This document shows positions 46,118 through 56,094 of a stretch of 62,423 nucleotides of DNA, piece by piece. The notes below the pieces were generated by a model that saw only the letters and a program-made list of their open reading frames with translations, made no database searches and was not told where the DNA came from. Every line of letters begins with the position of its first letter. Within the stretch, counting starts at the first letter, position 1. This DNA comes from Candidatus Amesbacteria bacterium RIFCSPLOWO2_01_FULL_48_25. Lineage in GTDB: Bacteria; Patescibacteriota; Microgenomatia; CAZETR01; Amesbacteraceae. The DNA lies in NCBI GenBank assembly GCA_001773695.1, contig MEXN01000004.1:1-62423 (forward strand). Direction: 5' to 3'. A program made the position numbers and the translations under genes.

Positions 46118-46330
46118 TCAGATTTGGTTGAGATTTAATTCTCTTTCAATCACTTTTACTCTTTTGCGGAGATCGATCATCTCTCTATCGAAAAAGTTTA
46201 TTATGAGTTTTATATCCTTGTTCACCTTACGCAAGGTTGACTGAATAGGCTTGATGTTTATTTTAAATCTTTCGTCAAACTTATTTTCAAACATCTCGCC
46301 AATTTTTTTGAGATCTTGGTATGTCAGCAT
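46118..46330 (-). CDS. Small coiled-coil hypothetical protein
   Basis: 70-aa ORF translationally coupled to gatB. Confidence 0.55.
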   Translation of the reverse strand: MLTYQDLKKIGEMFENKFDERFKINIKPIQSTLRKVNKDIKLIINFFDREMIDLRKRVKVIERELNLNQI

Positions 46331-47547
46331 GATGCAATAATGACATTTATTAATTTTTGGGTCAAGGGGACGTCGATATTTCCGAGCTCTTTTTTTATCT
46401 GACCTAAGAGAAATCCCATAACTTGAATTTTACCGGCTTTAATATCTGCAATAGCTTTGGGATTGGCTGCGATAACTCTTTCGGCAACTGATCGAGTATC
46501 TTCTGAAGATGGGAAAGATGATTCTGATTTAGAAGGGCGTTTGTTGACTATAGAGTCGGCGTTGGCTTTTGAAGGTTTTTTCATAAATTCGTTAAACATT
46601 TTCTCATCGGCGGCAATTATTTTGACGTAATTTTCACTGAGTCCTAAATTGAGAAGGTCTTGGCGAATACGGGATGGCAACTTAGGTAGTTGGGATCGCC
46701 AGGTCTCGATTTGCTCAGTGGTGAATTGAATGGGGGGAATGTCCGGCTCGGGGAAATATCGATAATCGTGTGCGGCTTCTTTGCTTCGTTGACCAACCGT
46801 TTCCCCCTTGGTCTCACTAAACCCTCTGGTTTCTTGTTTGGGATTCACGCCTGACTCCAAGAGGCGTGATTGGCGAGTGATTTCGAACTCGATGGCTTTC
46901 TTGATAAAACGAAAAGAATTAACGTTTTTGATTTCAACTTTGTAGTTGGGTAAATCAGCTGAGTTGGTGGGGCGGACGGAGATATTTGCTTCTAGGCGCA
47001 TGGAGCCTTTTTCCATATCAGCAGCCGATATTTTCAGAGTTCTAATGATTGATTGGAGTTCTTTGAGAAAAACGTCTGAATCCTGCACACTTTCAAAGTC
47101 TGGTTCAGTGACCACCTCGACTAATGGGACCCCCGAGCGATTAAAGTCAATAAGGGTTTTTCCTGCTTGGTGGAGCAACTTGCCTGTATCTTCTTCCAGA
47201 TGCACTCGGGTAATTTTGTGACCCAATAGCTCACCGTGGTGACAAAACGGTTGGTCGTATTGGCTGATCTGATAGCCTTTGGGAAGGTCAGGGTAAAAAT
47301 AGTTTTTGCGGTCGAATTTGGAAGTAAGGTTAATTTGGCAACCCAAGGCCAAACCTAATTTAATACACCACTCAATGGCCTTGGCGTTGGGTACAGGTAA
47401 AGCGCCGGGTAGGCCCAGACAGACCGGGCAGGTTTGAGTGTTGGGGGGTTTGCCAAAATGGTCGGCAGGACACCCGCAAAACATTTTGGAATTAGTCGCC
47501 AGCTCGATGTGGACCTCAAAACCTATAACTGGTTGCCAACTGGTCAT
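46324..47547 (-). CDS. gatB: Asp/Glu-tRNA amidotransferase subunit B
   Basis: GFEVHIEL, RKNYFYPDLPKGYQISQ, HLEED, DYRYFPEPD; ATG 47547 overlaps the gatA stop. Confidence 0.96.
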   Translation of the reverse strand: MTSWQPVIGFEVHIELATNSKMFCGCPADHFGKPPNTQTCPVCLGLPGALPVPNAKAIEWCIKLGLALGCQINLTSKFDRKNYFYPDLPKGYQISQYDQPFCHHGELLGHKITRVHLEEDTGKLLHQAGKTLIDFNRSGVPLVEVVTEPDFESVQDSDVFLKELQSIIRTLKISAADMEKGSMRLEANISVRPTNSADLPNYKVEIKNVNSFRFIKKAIEFEITRQSRLLESGVNPKQETRGFSETKGETVGQRSKEAAHDYRYFPEPDIPPIQFTTEQIETWRSQLPKLPSRIRQDLLNLGLSENYVKIIAADEKMFNEFMKKPSKANADSIVNKRPSKSESSFPSSEDTRSVAERVIAANPKAIADIKAGKIQVMGFLLGQIKKELGNIDVPLTQKLINVIIASC

Positions 47548-48923
47548 ATATTCGGTTTTTGTAAATGCCAGTTGGTAGCTAATTGAAACTGATTGGCTAT
47601 TTGGAGAACAAGACTTTCTGAAAACTGGGTGCCAATAAGCCCGAAACTGATGGGAAGGCCTGATATAAATCCGCAAGGGATTGATACACCGGTTAGCCCG
47701 GCAATACTGGATGGCTCTACCAAGACGTCCTGCATTTCGCCAAACATGGGTTCGTTCGCAGTGGCTCCTACTTTGAGAGCTGGTCCAGGAGACGCGGGAT
47801 CAATTAATAAATCATATTTGTGAAATGCGCTATGAAAATCTTGGATAATTAATGTGCGCAACTTTTGGGCCTTGGAATAATACTGATCGTAATATCCTGA
47901 AGAAAGGGCGTAGGTGCCAAGCATTATTCTGCGCTTGGCCTCATCACCAAAATAAGTCCGGTCTCGGCCATAACGAATTCCATCATAACGAGCTAGGTTA
48001 GATGAAACCTCGCTTCTTTGAACAATAGTGTAAACGCCTATTGAATATTTAGGGTGGATGAGTGAGGTTTCTTCAACTTTGTGGCCAAGTTCTGTGAGTT
48101 TATTTACTGCCTCCAGTACCAATTTTTTTGCCTCTGGTTGCATAACATCCAGATATTCTTTGGGAATTCCAATCCTCAAGTGCTTAGCTCTTAGGTGCAT
48201 AGAAATAGAATATGTGGGGACGGGCAATGGCGAAGTGGTGGCATCGAAGGGGTCGTGGCCAGCGATAATTTGAGTCAGAAGTGCGGCATCTTCGACGGTT
48301 TTGGTGATTGGACCTGGAGAGTCGGTGGAACTGGCCATAGCTATAACCCCGTAGCGACTAACTCGACCGTAAGTAGGTTTAAAACCGGTGGCTCCACACC
48401 ACGCTGCCGGTTGGCGAATGGACCCGGCAGTTTCTGAGCCGATAGCTGCCGTGCACATGTCAGCGGCTATCGCTGCCGCTGATCCCCCCGACGAACCTCC
48501 TGGTAAATAATCTGTGTTCCACGGATTTTTGGTGGATCCATAATCTGAAGTTTCAGTCGAAGAACCGTGAGCCCAGGCGTCCATGTTTGTTTTGCCCAGT
48601 ATAATTGCTCCGGCCTCGATTAGTTTTTGCGTCACTGTGGATTCGTAGTGTGGCAGATACTCGTCCAAGACTTTTGAAGAAGCGGTTGTAGGCATGCCGA
48701 TGGTGAGAAAATTATCTTTAACTGCGACAGGTATGCCACCGAGAGGTAAAGTGACATCTGCCTTTTGAGCTTGGGATAGTGCTTCCGAATTTATGTGGAG
48801 AAAGGCATGAATTTTTTTATCATGTTTTACTATTTGATCTAGACAAGATTTAACCAGTTCGACACTGGAAAATTTCCTTTTTTTCAGACCATCTCGAGCA
48901 TGAATTAGGGACAATTTATTCAT
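47544..48923 (-). CDS. gatA: Asp/Glu-tRNA amidotransferase subunit A
   Basis: AVKDN, PGGSSGGSAAA, GSETAGSIRQPAA amidase signature; ATG 48923 preferred. Confidence 0.96.
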   Translation of the reverse strand: MNKLSLIHARDGLKKRKFSSVELVKSCLDQIVKHDKKIHAFLHINSEALSQAQKADVTLPLGGIPVAVKDNFLTIGMPTTASSKVLDEYLPHYESTVTQKLIEAGAIILGKTNMDAWAHGSSTETSDYGSTKNPWNTDYLPGGSSGGSAAAIAADMCTAAIGSETAGSIRQPAAWCGATGFKPTYGRVSRYGVIAMASSTDSPGPITKTVEDAALLTQIIAGHDPFDATTSPLPVPTYSISMHLRAKHLRIGIPKEYLDVMQPEAKKLVLEAVNKLTELGHKVEETSLIHPKYSIGVYTIVQRSEVSSNLARYDGIRYGRDRTYFGDEAKRRIMLGTYALSSGYYDQYYSKAQKLRTLIIQDFHSAFHKYDLLIDPASPGPALKVGATANEPMFGEMQDVLVEPSSIAGLTGVSIPCGFISGLPISFGLIGTQFSESLVLQIANQFQLATNWHLQKPNI

Positions 48924-49179
48924 TATCGAAAATGGCTGGGACGACGAAATAACCATTGTTTGACGAAGGTGGAGGGAGAATCCGGCTAGTGTCAATTTCA
49001 TCCTGGTGGACTACATTGACCAAGCCTGTGACTTGGGATGTGGGTTCGACTCCGGAAGTGTCCAGTTCGTTGATGATATTTACTGTCTTGAGAGTCTCTT
49101 CGAATTGTTCCTGAAACTTTTTCTCATCCCCGGGTTTAAGTATTAAATTGGCCAGTTTGGCCACATGCGCCACGTCCAT
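48916..49179 (-). CDS. gatC: Asp/Glu-tRNA amidotransferase subunit C
   Basis: VAHVAKLANL, ELDTSGVEPT, YFVVPAI; position in the gat operon. Confidence 0.9.
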   Translation of the reverse strand: MDVAHVAKLANLILKPGDEKKFQEQFEETLKTVNIINELDTSGVEPTSQVTGLVNVVHQDEIDTSRILPPPSSNNGYFVVPAIFDNE

Positions 49180-49184
49180 GACCC

Positions 49185-51752
49185 TTAGTTTAGCACGATT
49201 TTGTCGTTGGAGACGGTAACATGGATGGTGGACCCGGATTTAGCGCGGCCTTCGATAATGCGGAGGGCCAGTTCATCCAAGATGTGGTCTTGAATTGCGC
49301 GTTTGAGGGGACGGGCACCGAAGCCCGGGTCGTAGCCCAGCTCTGCCAGGAGATGTTTGGCCTCCTGGGACACATCCAGCCTTAAATTTTGATCAGTGAG
49401 TCTTTTTTGTACTCGATCTAATTGAAGATCAACAATTTGCTCAATTTTACTTTTTGAGAGCGAATCAAAAACTATTATTTGATCAATACGATTGAGAAAC
49501 TCGGGACGAAAAGTTTGACGCAGTAAGTTATTTAGTTGATCGTTGATCGCCACTTGGTCTTTTTCAGATCGAATCAAATCCGAACCCAAGTTGGAAGTCA
49601 TGATGATTATCGTGTTCTTGAAATTGATTATCCGACCCTTGCCGTCCGTAAGTCGTCCGTCGTCGAGAACTTGCAGGAAGAGGTTAAATACGTCGTGATG
49701 AGCTTTTTCTGTCTCGTCGAAAAGAATTACAGAATAGGGCCGACGACGAACTGCCTCTGTGAGCTGCCCACCTTCTTCGTAACCTACGTAGCCTGGGGGT
49801 GAACCGATGAGACGCGCCACCGAGTGTGATTCCTGATATTCAGAGAGATCGATACGGATTAAGGCTGATTCGTCATTGAATAAAGTCTCGGCGAGGGCTT
49901 TTGCTAACTCGGTCTTGCCCACGCCGGTCGGGCCCAAAAAAATGAATGAGGCTATAGGCCGGTTTTGATCAGAAATGCCGGCTCGGGAACGACGAATAGC
50001 ATTCGAGACTCCAATAATGGCTTCTTTTTGGCCAATTACCCGTTTGCCTAGTTCAATTTCTAGGTGAGACAGTTTGTCTTTCTCCGAGGAAACCAGGCGT
50101 GTCGCCGATACGCCGGTCCAGCGGGAAACTACGGAGGCAATGTCCTCTTCGGTGACTTCTTCGCGTAATATCCTCTTTTCAGCTGGTATGGACTGCCATT
50201 TCTTTTCAGCCTCTTTGAGCCGGCTTTCTAATTGTGGTAGCTGACCGTATTTGATTTCGGCGGCTTTTTCCAGCTCGACCTGGCGTTCTGCCTGTTCCAG
50301 TTCTACACGCAGCCGGTCACGGGTTTCTTTTAGATTTTGGATGGATTTGATGATGTCTTTTTGGCTTTTCCAGGCCAGTTCCTCCTGAGAAAGCTGCTCT
50401 TTCAGATTGGCTAACTCACGGCCAAGCGAGACTTGGCGGTTGTGAGCTGAGTCAGTCTTTTCCCGCTTAAGAGCGGCTAACTCGATCTCAATTTGGGTGC
50501 TTCGACGTTTGAGGGTGTCTAAATGAGCCGGAAGCGAGTCTATGTCCATACGAAGGGAACTGGTGGCCTCGTCGATGAGGTCTATGGCTTTGTCTGGCAA
50601 GAACCGGTCAGGGACATAACGAATGGAAAGAGTGACGGCGGCTACAAGTGCATCGTCGGTGATGCGTACGCCGTGGTGCAATTCGTAGCGTTCCTTGAGC
50701 CCCCTGAGTATGGCTAGGCTGTCTTCGACCGATGGTTGGTCAATTAATACGGGTTGGAATCTTCTTTCCAATGCGGCATCTTTCTCGATGTGTTGGCGGT
50801 ATTCTTTAACTGTTGTTGCGCCAATGGCGTGGAGAAGACCCCGGGCAAGTGCAGGTTTTAAAATGTTGGCGGCGTCGACAGCTCCTTCGGCAGCCCCGGC
50901 CCCAACCAGGGTGTGAAGCTCGTCCATGAAAAGAAGGTATTTGCCTTGGGCGGACTCTATCTCCTTTAGGACACTCTTTAGCCGGTCCTCGAACTCGCCT
51001 CTAAACTTACTGCCAGCCAAAAGGGATGCCAGGTCAAGAGATACCAGACGTTTATTTTTGAGAGTTTCTGGAACATCTCCGGCTACAATGCGCTGGGCCA
51101 GCCCTTCGACTATTGCAGTCTTGCCCACCCCCGGATCCCCAATTAAAACTGGATTGTTTTTGGTCCGGCGGGACAGGATTTGCATCACCCGGCGAATTTC
51201 ACCATCGCGGCCAATAACAGGGTCTAATTTTCCGGACGATGCTAGGGCTGTCATGTCGTGGGTATACTTCTCAAGCACGTTGTAACGGGCATCTGGGTCT
51301 TCGGTGTCAGCTTTTTGTGATCCACGGAGCAACATTATGGAGTCGGCAATGTTTTTGGGCTGTAATTGGTACTCTTTGAGAATTGGTGATACTTGGCAGT
51401 CAGTCGAAATGAGTGCTAAAAGAAGATGTTCCCGGGAGATATATTCATCGCTTAGCTTTTTTGTCTGATTTAAAGCCTCTTTTAGCACTTGTTGCAGTTC
51501 GTAACTCGTTTGAAGGGGTTGGTTGGGGTCGGTTTGAGGAAGTGATGAGACTAAAGTTTCCAGTTTTTCAATAAGGTCGCTAATTTTAAGCCCCCTGTTT
51601 TTTAGAACCTGGACCACAATGCTGTCGAAGTCCGTTAGGAGGGCTAAAAGAACGTGAACAGAGCCAATTTCTGGATTATGGTGTTCTTTGGCCAGTTGAG
51701 TCGCGTCAACTAGAGTTTCTTGAGACTTGAGTGTGAGTTTGTTTGAGTCCAT
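49185..51752 (-). CDS. clpB: ATP-dependent chaperone ClpB
   Basis: Clp N domain, two AAA+ modules ([16 protein letters not shown]), long middle coiled coil. Confidence 0.95.
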   Translation of the reverse strand: MDSNKLTLKSQETLVDATQLAKEHHNPEIGSVHVLLALLTDFDSIVVQVLKNRGLKISDLIEKLETLVSSLPQTDPNQPLQTSYELQQVLKEALNQTKKLSDEYISREHLLLALISTDCQVSPILKEYQLQPKNIADSIMLLRGSQKADTEDPDARYNVLEKYTHDMTALASSGKLDPVIGRDGEIRRVMQILSRRTKNNPVLIGDPGVGKTAIVEGLAQRIVAGDVPETLKNKRLVSLDLASLLAGSKFRGEFEDRLKSVLKEIESAQGKYLLFMDELHTLVGAGAAEGAVDAANILKPALARGLLHAIGATTVKEYRQHIEKDAALERRFQPVLIDQPSVEDSLAILRGLKERYELHHGVRITDDALVAAVTLSIRYVPDRFLPDKAIDLIDEATSSLRMDIDSLPAHLDTLKRRSTQIEIELAALKREKTDSAHNRQVSLGRELANLKEQLSQEELAWKSQKDIIKSIQNLKETRDRLRVELEQAERQVELEKAAEIKYGQLPQLESRLKEAEKKWQSIPAEKRILREEVTEEDIASVVSRWTGVSATRLVSSEKDKLSHLEIELGKRVIGQKEAIIGVSNAIRRSRAGISDQNRPIASFIFLGPTGVGKTELAKALAETLFNDESALIRIDLSEYQESHSVARLIGSPPGYVGYEEGGQLTEAVRRRPYSVILFDETEKAHHDVFNLFLQVLDDGRLTDGKGRIINFKNTIIIMTSNLGSDLIRSEKDQVAINDQLNNLLRQTFRPEFLNRIDQIIVFDSLSKSKIEQIVDLQLDRVQKRLTDQNLRLDVSQEAKHLLAELGYDPGFGARPLKRAIQDHILDELALRIIEGRAKSGSTIHVTVSNDKIVLN

Positions 51753-51770
51753 AGGAGGCGGTGTAATTAA

Positions 51771-51826
51771 AGTGTAACAAATACCTGTTGGCAGTCAAGG
51801 GGAGAGTCTGATACCAAGAGTGCTAA
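51771..51826 (-). promoter_or_regulatory. clpB promoter with CIRCE-like half-sites
   Basis: Minus strand: perfect TTAGCACTC (51826-51818) and GACTGCCAA (51796-51788); TTGACT-N16-TACACT. Confidence 0.6.
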
Positions 51827-51884
51827 TTAATGTTTTCACGACCGTGGACTTTTAATTAATCTTATAATCCTATAGAATTGGTGG

Positions 51885-52403
51885 ATGACTGAACCTCGTG
51901 ATAGGTTTGCATACTTAGCCGGACGAGTAGTGCCGATGGGGTTTGCTAGTGGAGTATCTTGTGGTCTTGCGTTTTATAGCGAATTTATCCAGGGGCATGT
52001 AGCACACTACTGGAAAATTTATCGTACTTTGGGAGAAGGTGTTGCGAATTTTGCAATTGGGCAAATGGGTGATGTTCTAGGTCCTGTAGGAGCAGCATTG
52101 ATGACGACAACAATCTTCACGGCTATGAGTTCCATTATTGACATGCCAACAGAATTTAGAATCAAAATCAATAAAAAGCTAGCTTACGTAGCTGCATATT
52201 CTGGAATGGCTTTTGGTTTAATCGGGATAGCTCAGGAAATTTCTAATTTCAATTTGACTTCGGAACGACTGAAAATGTGTGTTAACCCGAATTATTTATG
52301 TCGAGGAGATGTGCTTGATCTGTTAAGTTTCTCTGCCCCAATAATTGCTGGTGGAATATTTCTTTCGAGGATGGGGGGCAATAAAGTAGTCAACAAGGAT
52401 TAA
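51885..52403 (+). CDS. Hypothetical membrane protein
   Basis: Several hydrophobic segments; TAGAAT 6 nt before the ATG. Confidence 0.6.
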   Translation: MTEPRDRFAYLAGRVVPMGFASGVSCGLAFYSEFIQGHVAHYWKIYRTLGEGVANFAIGQMGDVLGPVGAALMTTTIFTAMSSIIDMPTEFRIKINKKLAYVAAYSGMAFGLIGIAQEISNFNLTSERLKMCVNPNYLCRGDVLDLLSFSAPIIAGGIFLSRMGGNKVVNKD

Positions 52404-53344
52404 AGCATGGACTCCAAAGTCTTAATGCGATCGGCTAGGGGTGGGTGGGTGTTGAAGAGGCCGGCGAACCAACCGATTGCATCATGACCTTGCCTGCCGG
52501 CAGGCAGGTTTCTGAGAGGATTGACGATATAAAGGTGGGCAGTGGCTTTGTTGGCGGCTTCCAATGGCTCACGATCGTTCCCTAGCTTTTTGAGGGCGGA
52601 GATCAAGCCACTTGGCTGGCGGGTGAGTTTAACTGAGCTGGCGTCGGCTAAAAACTCCCGACGACGAGAAATAGCAAGTTGAATCAGCTGGGAAATAATG
52701 GGTGAAAGAAGTGCAAATAGCATACCTACTATTATGAAGATGGCTCCGGATCCACGCGACTCTCGGTCTCGACCTCTGTCACCATACCAACTAGCACGGA
52801 TGAACCAGTCTCCCAAAAGAGTAATAATTCCCACTAGAACCGTGACTATTGACATGAGGCGGATGTCGTAGTTGGCGACGTGAGAGAGTTCATGACCAAT
52901 AACACCTTCTAGTTCGGTGCGGTCTAATCGGGTAAGGATGCCGGTGGTGGCACAAACTACGGCGTGGGCCGGATCACGGCCGGTGGCGAAGGCATTCATG
53001 GCCGTGTCTTCAATAATATACAGTCTGGGCATGGGCAACCCGGCGGCTAATGCCAAATTCTCTGTAACTGAGTAGAAAATGAAGTCTTTCCTTTTGTCGG
53101 CCGGCCGGGCGCCGGAAAGACCTAATATAATTTTGTCGCTCCAGTAATACGAGGCAAAGCTTAAAAGACCCGAAATAACTAGGGCAATACCTGTAAGTTC
53201 CAGACCTGATGAATAGTAGCCGTAATAAGCAGCCAGTCCTCGGCTAATGAAATATGAAGCTAGGACGATAAACAGTATAAAGAATACGATAATTAGCGCA
53301 CTCTTGCGCTTGTTCGCGTCGACTGATTCGTAGACATTGAGCAT
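52400..53344 (-). CDS. htpX: Zinc metalloprotease HtpX (M48)
   Basis: NAFATG, HELSH, SRRREFLAD, THPP; adjacent to lemA. Confidence 0.93.
   Translation of the reverse strand: MLNVYESVDANKRKSALIIVFFILFIVLASYFISRGLAAYYGYYSSGLELTGIALVISGLLSFASYYWSDKIILGLSGARPADKRKDFIFYSVTENLALAAGLPMPRLYIIEDTAMNAFATGRDPAHAVVCATTGILTRLDRTELEGVIGHELSHVANYDIRLMSIVTVLVGIITLLGDWFIRASWYGDRGRDRESRGSGAIFIIVGMLFALLSPIISQLIQLAISRRREFLADASSVKLTRQPSGLISALKKLGNDREPLEAANKATAHLYIVNPLRNLPAGRQGHDAIGWFAGLFNTHPPLADRIKTLESML
52489..52508. repeat. Palindrome TGCCTGCCGGCAGGCA in frame in htpX
   Basis: Perfect 16-bp palindrome at 52491-52506, translated LPAGRQ. Confidence 0.9.
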
Positions 53345-53345
53345 G

Positions 53346-53915
53346 TTACAAATTCACCTTGGGTGTTTTTGTTTCGGCTTCAGACACTTCTAAATGTGCC
53401 CCAGACACGGGAGTATCCAGACCTTTTTCGGGAGTAAAGCCAAATGAATTGGCGACCAGGTTAGTCGGGAAAGTAGCCAATTTGATATTGTAGTCGGCGA
53501 CGATGTCTATTAGAGTCCGGCGGGAATACATGACTTTATCCGAGGTGTCCCTCAGCTCGTCCATGAGTCGGGTGATAACGTCCGTTCCTTTTAATTGGGG
53601 GTTGCTTTCAACGACTACTTGAAGCTTGGGTAATAGCTCGGCTACTTTTTGTGAGGCATCTTTACCCGAATCCACCATTTTTCTGGCGTCAGACAACATC
53701 TTTAAAATGTCTTTCTCGTGCTTGAGATAGGCTTTGGCTGATTCCTCCAGATTGGGAATCAATTCCGATTGGCGCTTAAGTTGGTTTCCGATTTCTTGGA
53801 TAGAAGCCTTGATGCGAGTCCTGAGCGAGATGAGGTCGTTGTATACGCCGATGACAAAAAAAGCGAGTACGACAGCAATAATGAGTAGTATGAATGGCAA
53901 TGACAAGATAATCAC
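53346..53915 (-). CDS. lemA: LemA family protein
   Basis: N-terminal TM, YN.L, QLKRQSELIPNL, E.NPQLK, FPTNLVA..FGF. Confidence 0.92.
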   Translation of the reverse strand: MIILSLPFILLIIAVVLAFFVIGVYNDLISLRTRIKASIQEIGNQLKRQSELIPNLEESAKAYLKHEKDILKMLSDARKMVDSGKDASQKVAELLPKLQVVVESNPQLKGTDVITRLMDELRDTSDKVMYSRRTLIDIVADYNIKLATFPTNLVANSFGFTPEKGLDTPVSGAHLEVSEAETKTPKVNL

Positions 53916-53918
53916 CTC

Positions 53919-55670
53919 CTAACACAATAATTTTCGCATACCTGTCAAAGGTAGTGTATTGACTATATCATTTCTGGTGCACCAAGCGCGACGGGCAACT
54001 GAGACTCCATAACGCATGTAGTCTAAATGGTCTGCGGAGTGACTGTCGGTGTCGATGACTATTTTTACTCCAGATTTCACCGCTTCGTGAGCCAGAACGT
54101 CGGGTAAGTCTAATCGATTGGGCCAGCCATCAATTTCCAACCACTTGCCGTTTTTAAGACAAAAATCAAAAATTTGATCCCAGTCAAGTTCTATACCTTC
54201 CCTTTCATTTAAGAGCCTGGCCGTGGGATGGGCAAAAAACTTTACTTTGGGGTGATCAAGAGCGGCGAGTACGCGTTTGGTCATATCGCTTTTGTTTTGA
54301 CGAAAGCTGCTGTGAACGGAAACACAAGCATAATCGAGCATTGACAAACATTTGTCAGGCAAGGCGCGCTTACCACCCGGCTGGATGTCAATTTCCATCC
54401 CGTTGAATATGTGAATACTGTCATGAAAAGAATGAACAATTTCTGTCTTCTTTTTAATTAACTCCTCGATTTTTCCTTCGGTGTGACCAGATACAGCTGG
54501 ATTGTGTTCCGTAAGCCCAATGTATTCGTATCCTAATTGTTTGGCTTTTTCGGCAAGTTCTCTAAGCGTACTTTCACCAAGATCATGGCTGGGCTCTACA
54601 TCTATGTTGCTGTGAATTTGTAGATCTCCTCTGATGTCAGCAAGTTCTACAAGCTTGGGAATTTTGTGTGTAAGCGCCAGTTGAATTTCATTTTCGCCTT
54701 CGCGCAGTTCGGGGGGGATCCAATCTAGACCAAGAAAGTTGTAGAATTTTTGTTCGGATTCAAATTGGACAACTTTGCCTGCTCTTTTTATGCCGTGTTC
54801 GGATAAAGAGAGTCCTTTTTTGAGAGCGTATTCGCGTAAGAGAATATTGTGATGCTTAGAACCGGTAAAATGCTGGAGAAGCGAGCCGTAGGCTTGAGAT
54901 GGCTGAACCATGAGATCGACTTGGTACTCGTTGGGAAGAGTGAGTGACGCGGTCTGTGTTCCGGCTTCCAAAACCCGTGATTTCTGGGGGTATTTTGTGA
55001 AGTGTTCGATGACGGCTCGAGCGTCGTCTGATGCAACCGACAAATCGATGTCCCCTACGGTGCTGGCTTGACGGCGTAGGCTGCCTAAGGCGTTAATTTT
55101 TTCCACTTGGGGAATTTTCTCCATCCAGTTTTGAATGGAATCAGCGATTGTCTGGGCGGTGTTTAAGAGAAGTCGCTTTGAGCGGCCTTTTTGTTCGATG
55201 ATTCCGGTGAGGATTTTGGCTTGGGAATCCTCTCCAAACCCCTCTATCAAGGCCACCTGGCCCTTCTTGGCGGCTTTTTCCAGCTTGGAGATAGCGGAGT
55301 GAGCCGAGGTAATTCCTAGAGCCTTGCATAGCTTTAGGGCATTTTTGGGCCCAACTCCGGGAATGTCTAATAATTCAAACAGTGCGGGGGGGAATTCTTT
55401 GAGGATGCTATCAAAATGGCGGACTTTGCCTGTTCGAAACAGTTCGTCCAGATGCGAGGCTATAGACTCCCCTACTCCAGGCAGGCTTGCCAACTCATTA
55501 TCGTCCCACAAGTCCTTGGCCTCGGAAGACGAGTGTTCGATGGCGTCGGCTGCCCGCTCGTAGGCTATTTGGCGGAAGCGGTTGTCGCCCGGAGTCAATT
55601 CCAAAGCAGCTGCCACAGCCCGCAAGAGTTGAGCTATTTGTAAATTGGTCATGTTACGGTTGACTTTCAT
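53919..55670 (-). CDS. polX: DNA polymerase X family with PHP domain
   Basis: 8-kDa lyase domain, GSLRR, GDID, QVDL, HFTGSK.HN, C-terminal PHP (TEHN, AHP, DTDSH). Confidence 0.93.
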   Translation of the reverse strand: MKVNRNMTNLQIAQLLRAVAAALELTPGDNRFRQIAYERAADAIEHSSSEAKDLWDDNELASLPGVGESIASHLDELFRTGKVRHFDSILKEFPPALFELLDIPGVGPKNALKLCKALGITSAHSAISKLEKAAKKGQVALIEGFGEDSQAKILTGIIEQKGRSKRLLLNTAQTIADSIQNWMEKIPQVEKINALGSLRRQASTVGDIDLSVASDDARAVIEHFTKYPQKSRVLEAGTQTASLTLPNEYQVDLMVQPSQAYGSLLQHFTGSKHHNILLREYALKKGLSLSEHGIKRAGKVVQFESEQKFYNFLGLDWIPPELREGENEIQLALTHKIPKLVELADIRGDLQIHSNIDVEPSHDLGESTLRELAEKAKQLGYEYIGLTEHNPAVSGHTEGKIEELIKKKTEIVHSFHDSIHIFNGMEIDIQPGGKRALPDKCLSMLDYACVSVHSSFRQNKSDMTKRVLAALDHPKVKFFAHPTARLLNEREGIELDWDQIFDFCLKNGKWLEIDGWPNRLDLPDVLAHEAVKSGVKIVIDTDSHSADHLDYMRYGVSVARRAWCTRNDIVNTLPLTGMRKLLC

Positions 55671-55696
55671 GAAAGAATGATAGTATTGAGTTACCT

Positions 55697-55727
55697 ACCC
55701 CGTGTGTTTATATGCGGGGTCTTTTTT
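55697..55727 (+). terminator. Intrinsic-terminator-like hairpin
   Basis: ACCCCGT...GCGGGGT stem followed by CTTTTTT; no sense gene lies directly upstream on +. Confidence 0.5.
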
Positions 55728-55824
55728 ATGTTTTCGTTTTCTTATTAGGTATAGGTTAGCCAAGTGAACATTTCTCTTCCCTCGCTGAATATTATCAAAG
55801 TTTTATAGTAAAATGAACTGGGTT

Positions 55825-55905
55825 GAGGCTGTAGCTCAGCTGGTTAGCGCGGTCCGGTGTAACACCGGACAGGTCGCGGGTATATTATCATGTTAGCAGT
55901 GCCTC
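55825..55905 (+). pseudogene. Degenerate tRNA-like sequence
   Basis: Intact-looking 5' strand, D-arm and AGGTCGCGGG, but a palindromic anticodon arm and a replaced T-loop/3' strand. Confidence 0.75.
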
Positions 55906-56016
55906 CCTGCGTGTATGTCCTAAAAAGTTTGAAAAGTAGGAAGTTTATTGAAAGTTTGATTTAACCTGGTCAGCTGGAGAAAAGTTTCGGGGACTTGATG
56001 TAAAATATGGTTGTTT

Positions 56017-56090
56017 GGGGTCGTAGCGCAGCTGGTTAGCGCGTCTCCCTGTCAAGGAGAAGGTCGCGGGTTCGAATCCCGTCGGCCCCG
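56017..56090 (+). tRNA. tRNA-Asp(GTC)
   Basis: GGGGTCG/CGGCCCC acceptor stem; loop CTGTCAA; G73. Confidence 0.95.
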
Positions 56091-56094
56091 CTGA

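Noticed and set aside
47547-49001. N-terminal extensions on GatB and GatA in the ORF track
   Set aside because: Downstream ATGs (47547, 48923) overlap the upstream stops and match the normal protein starts.
53919-55670. NHEJ system around polX
   Set aside because: No Ku or LigD nearby; a stand-alone PolX-PHP is common.
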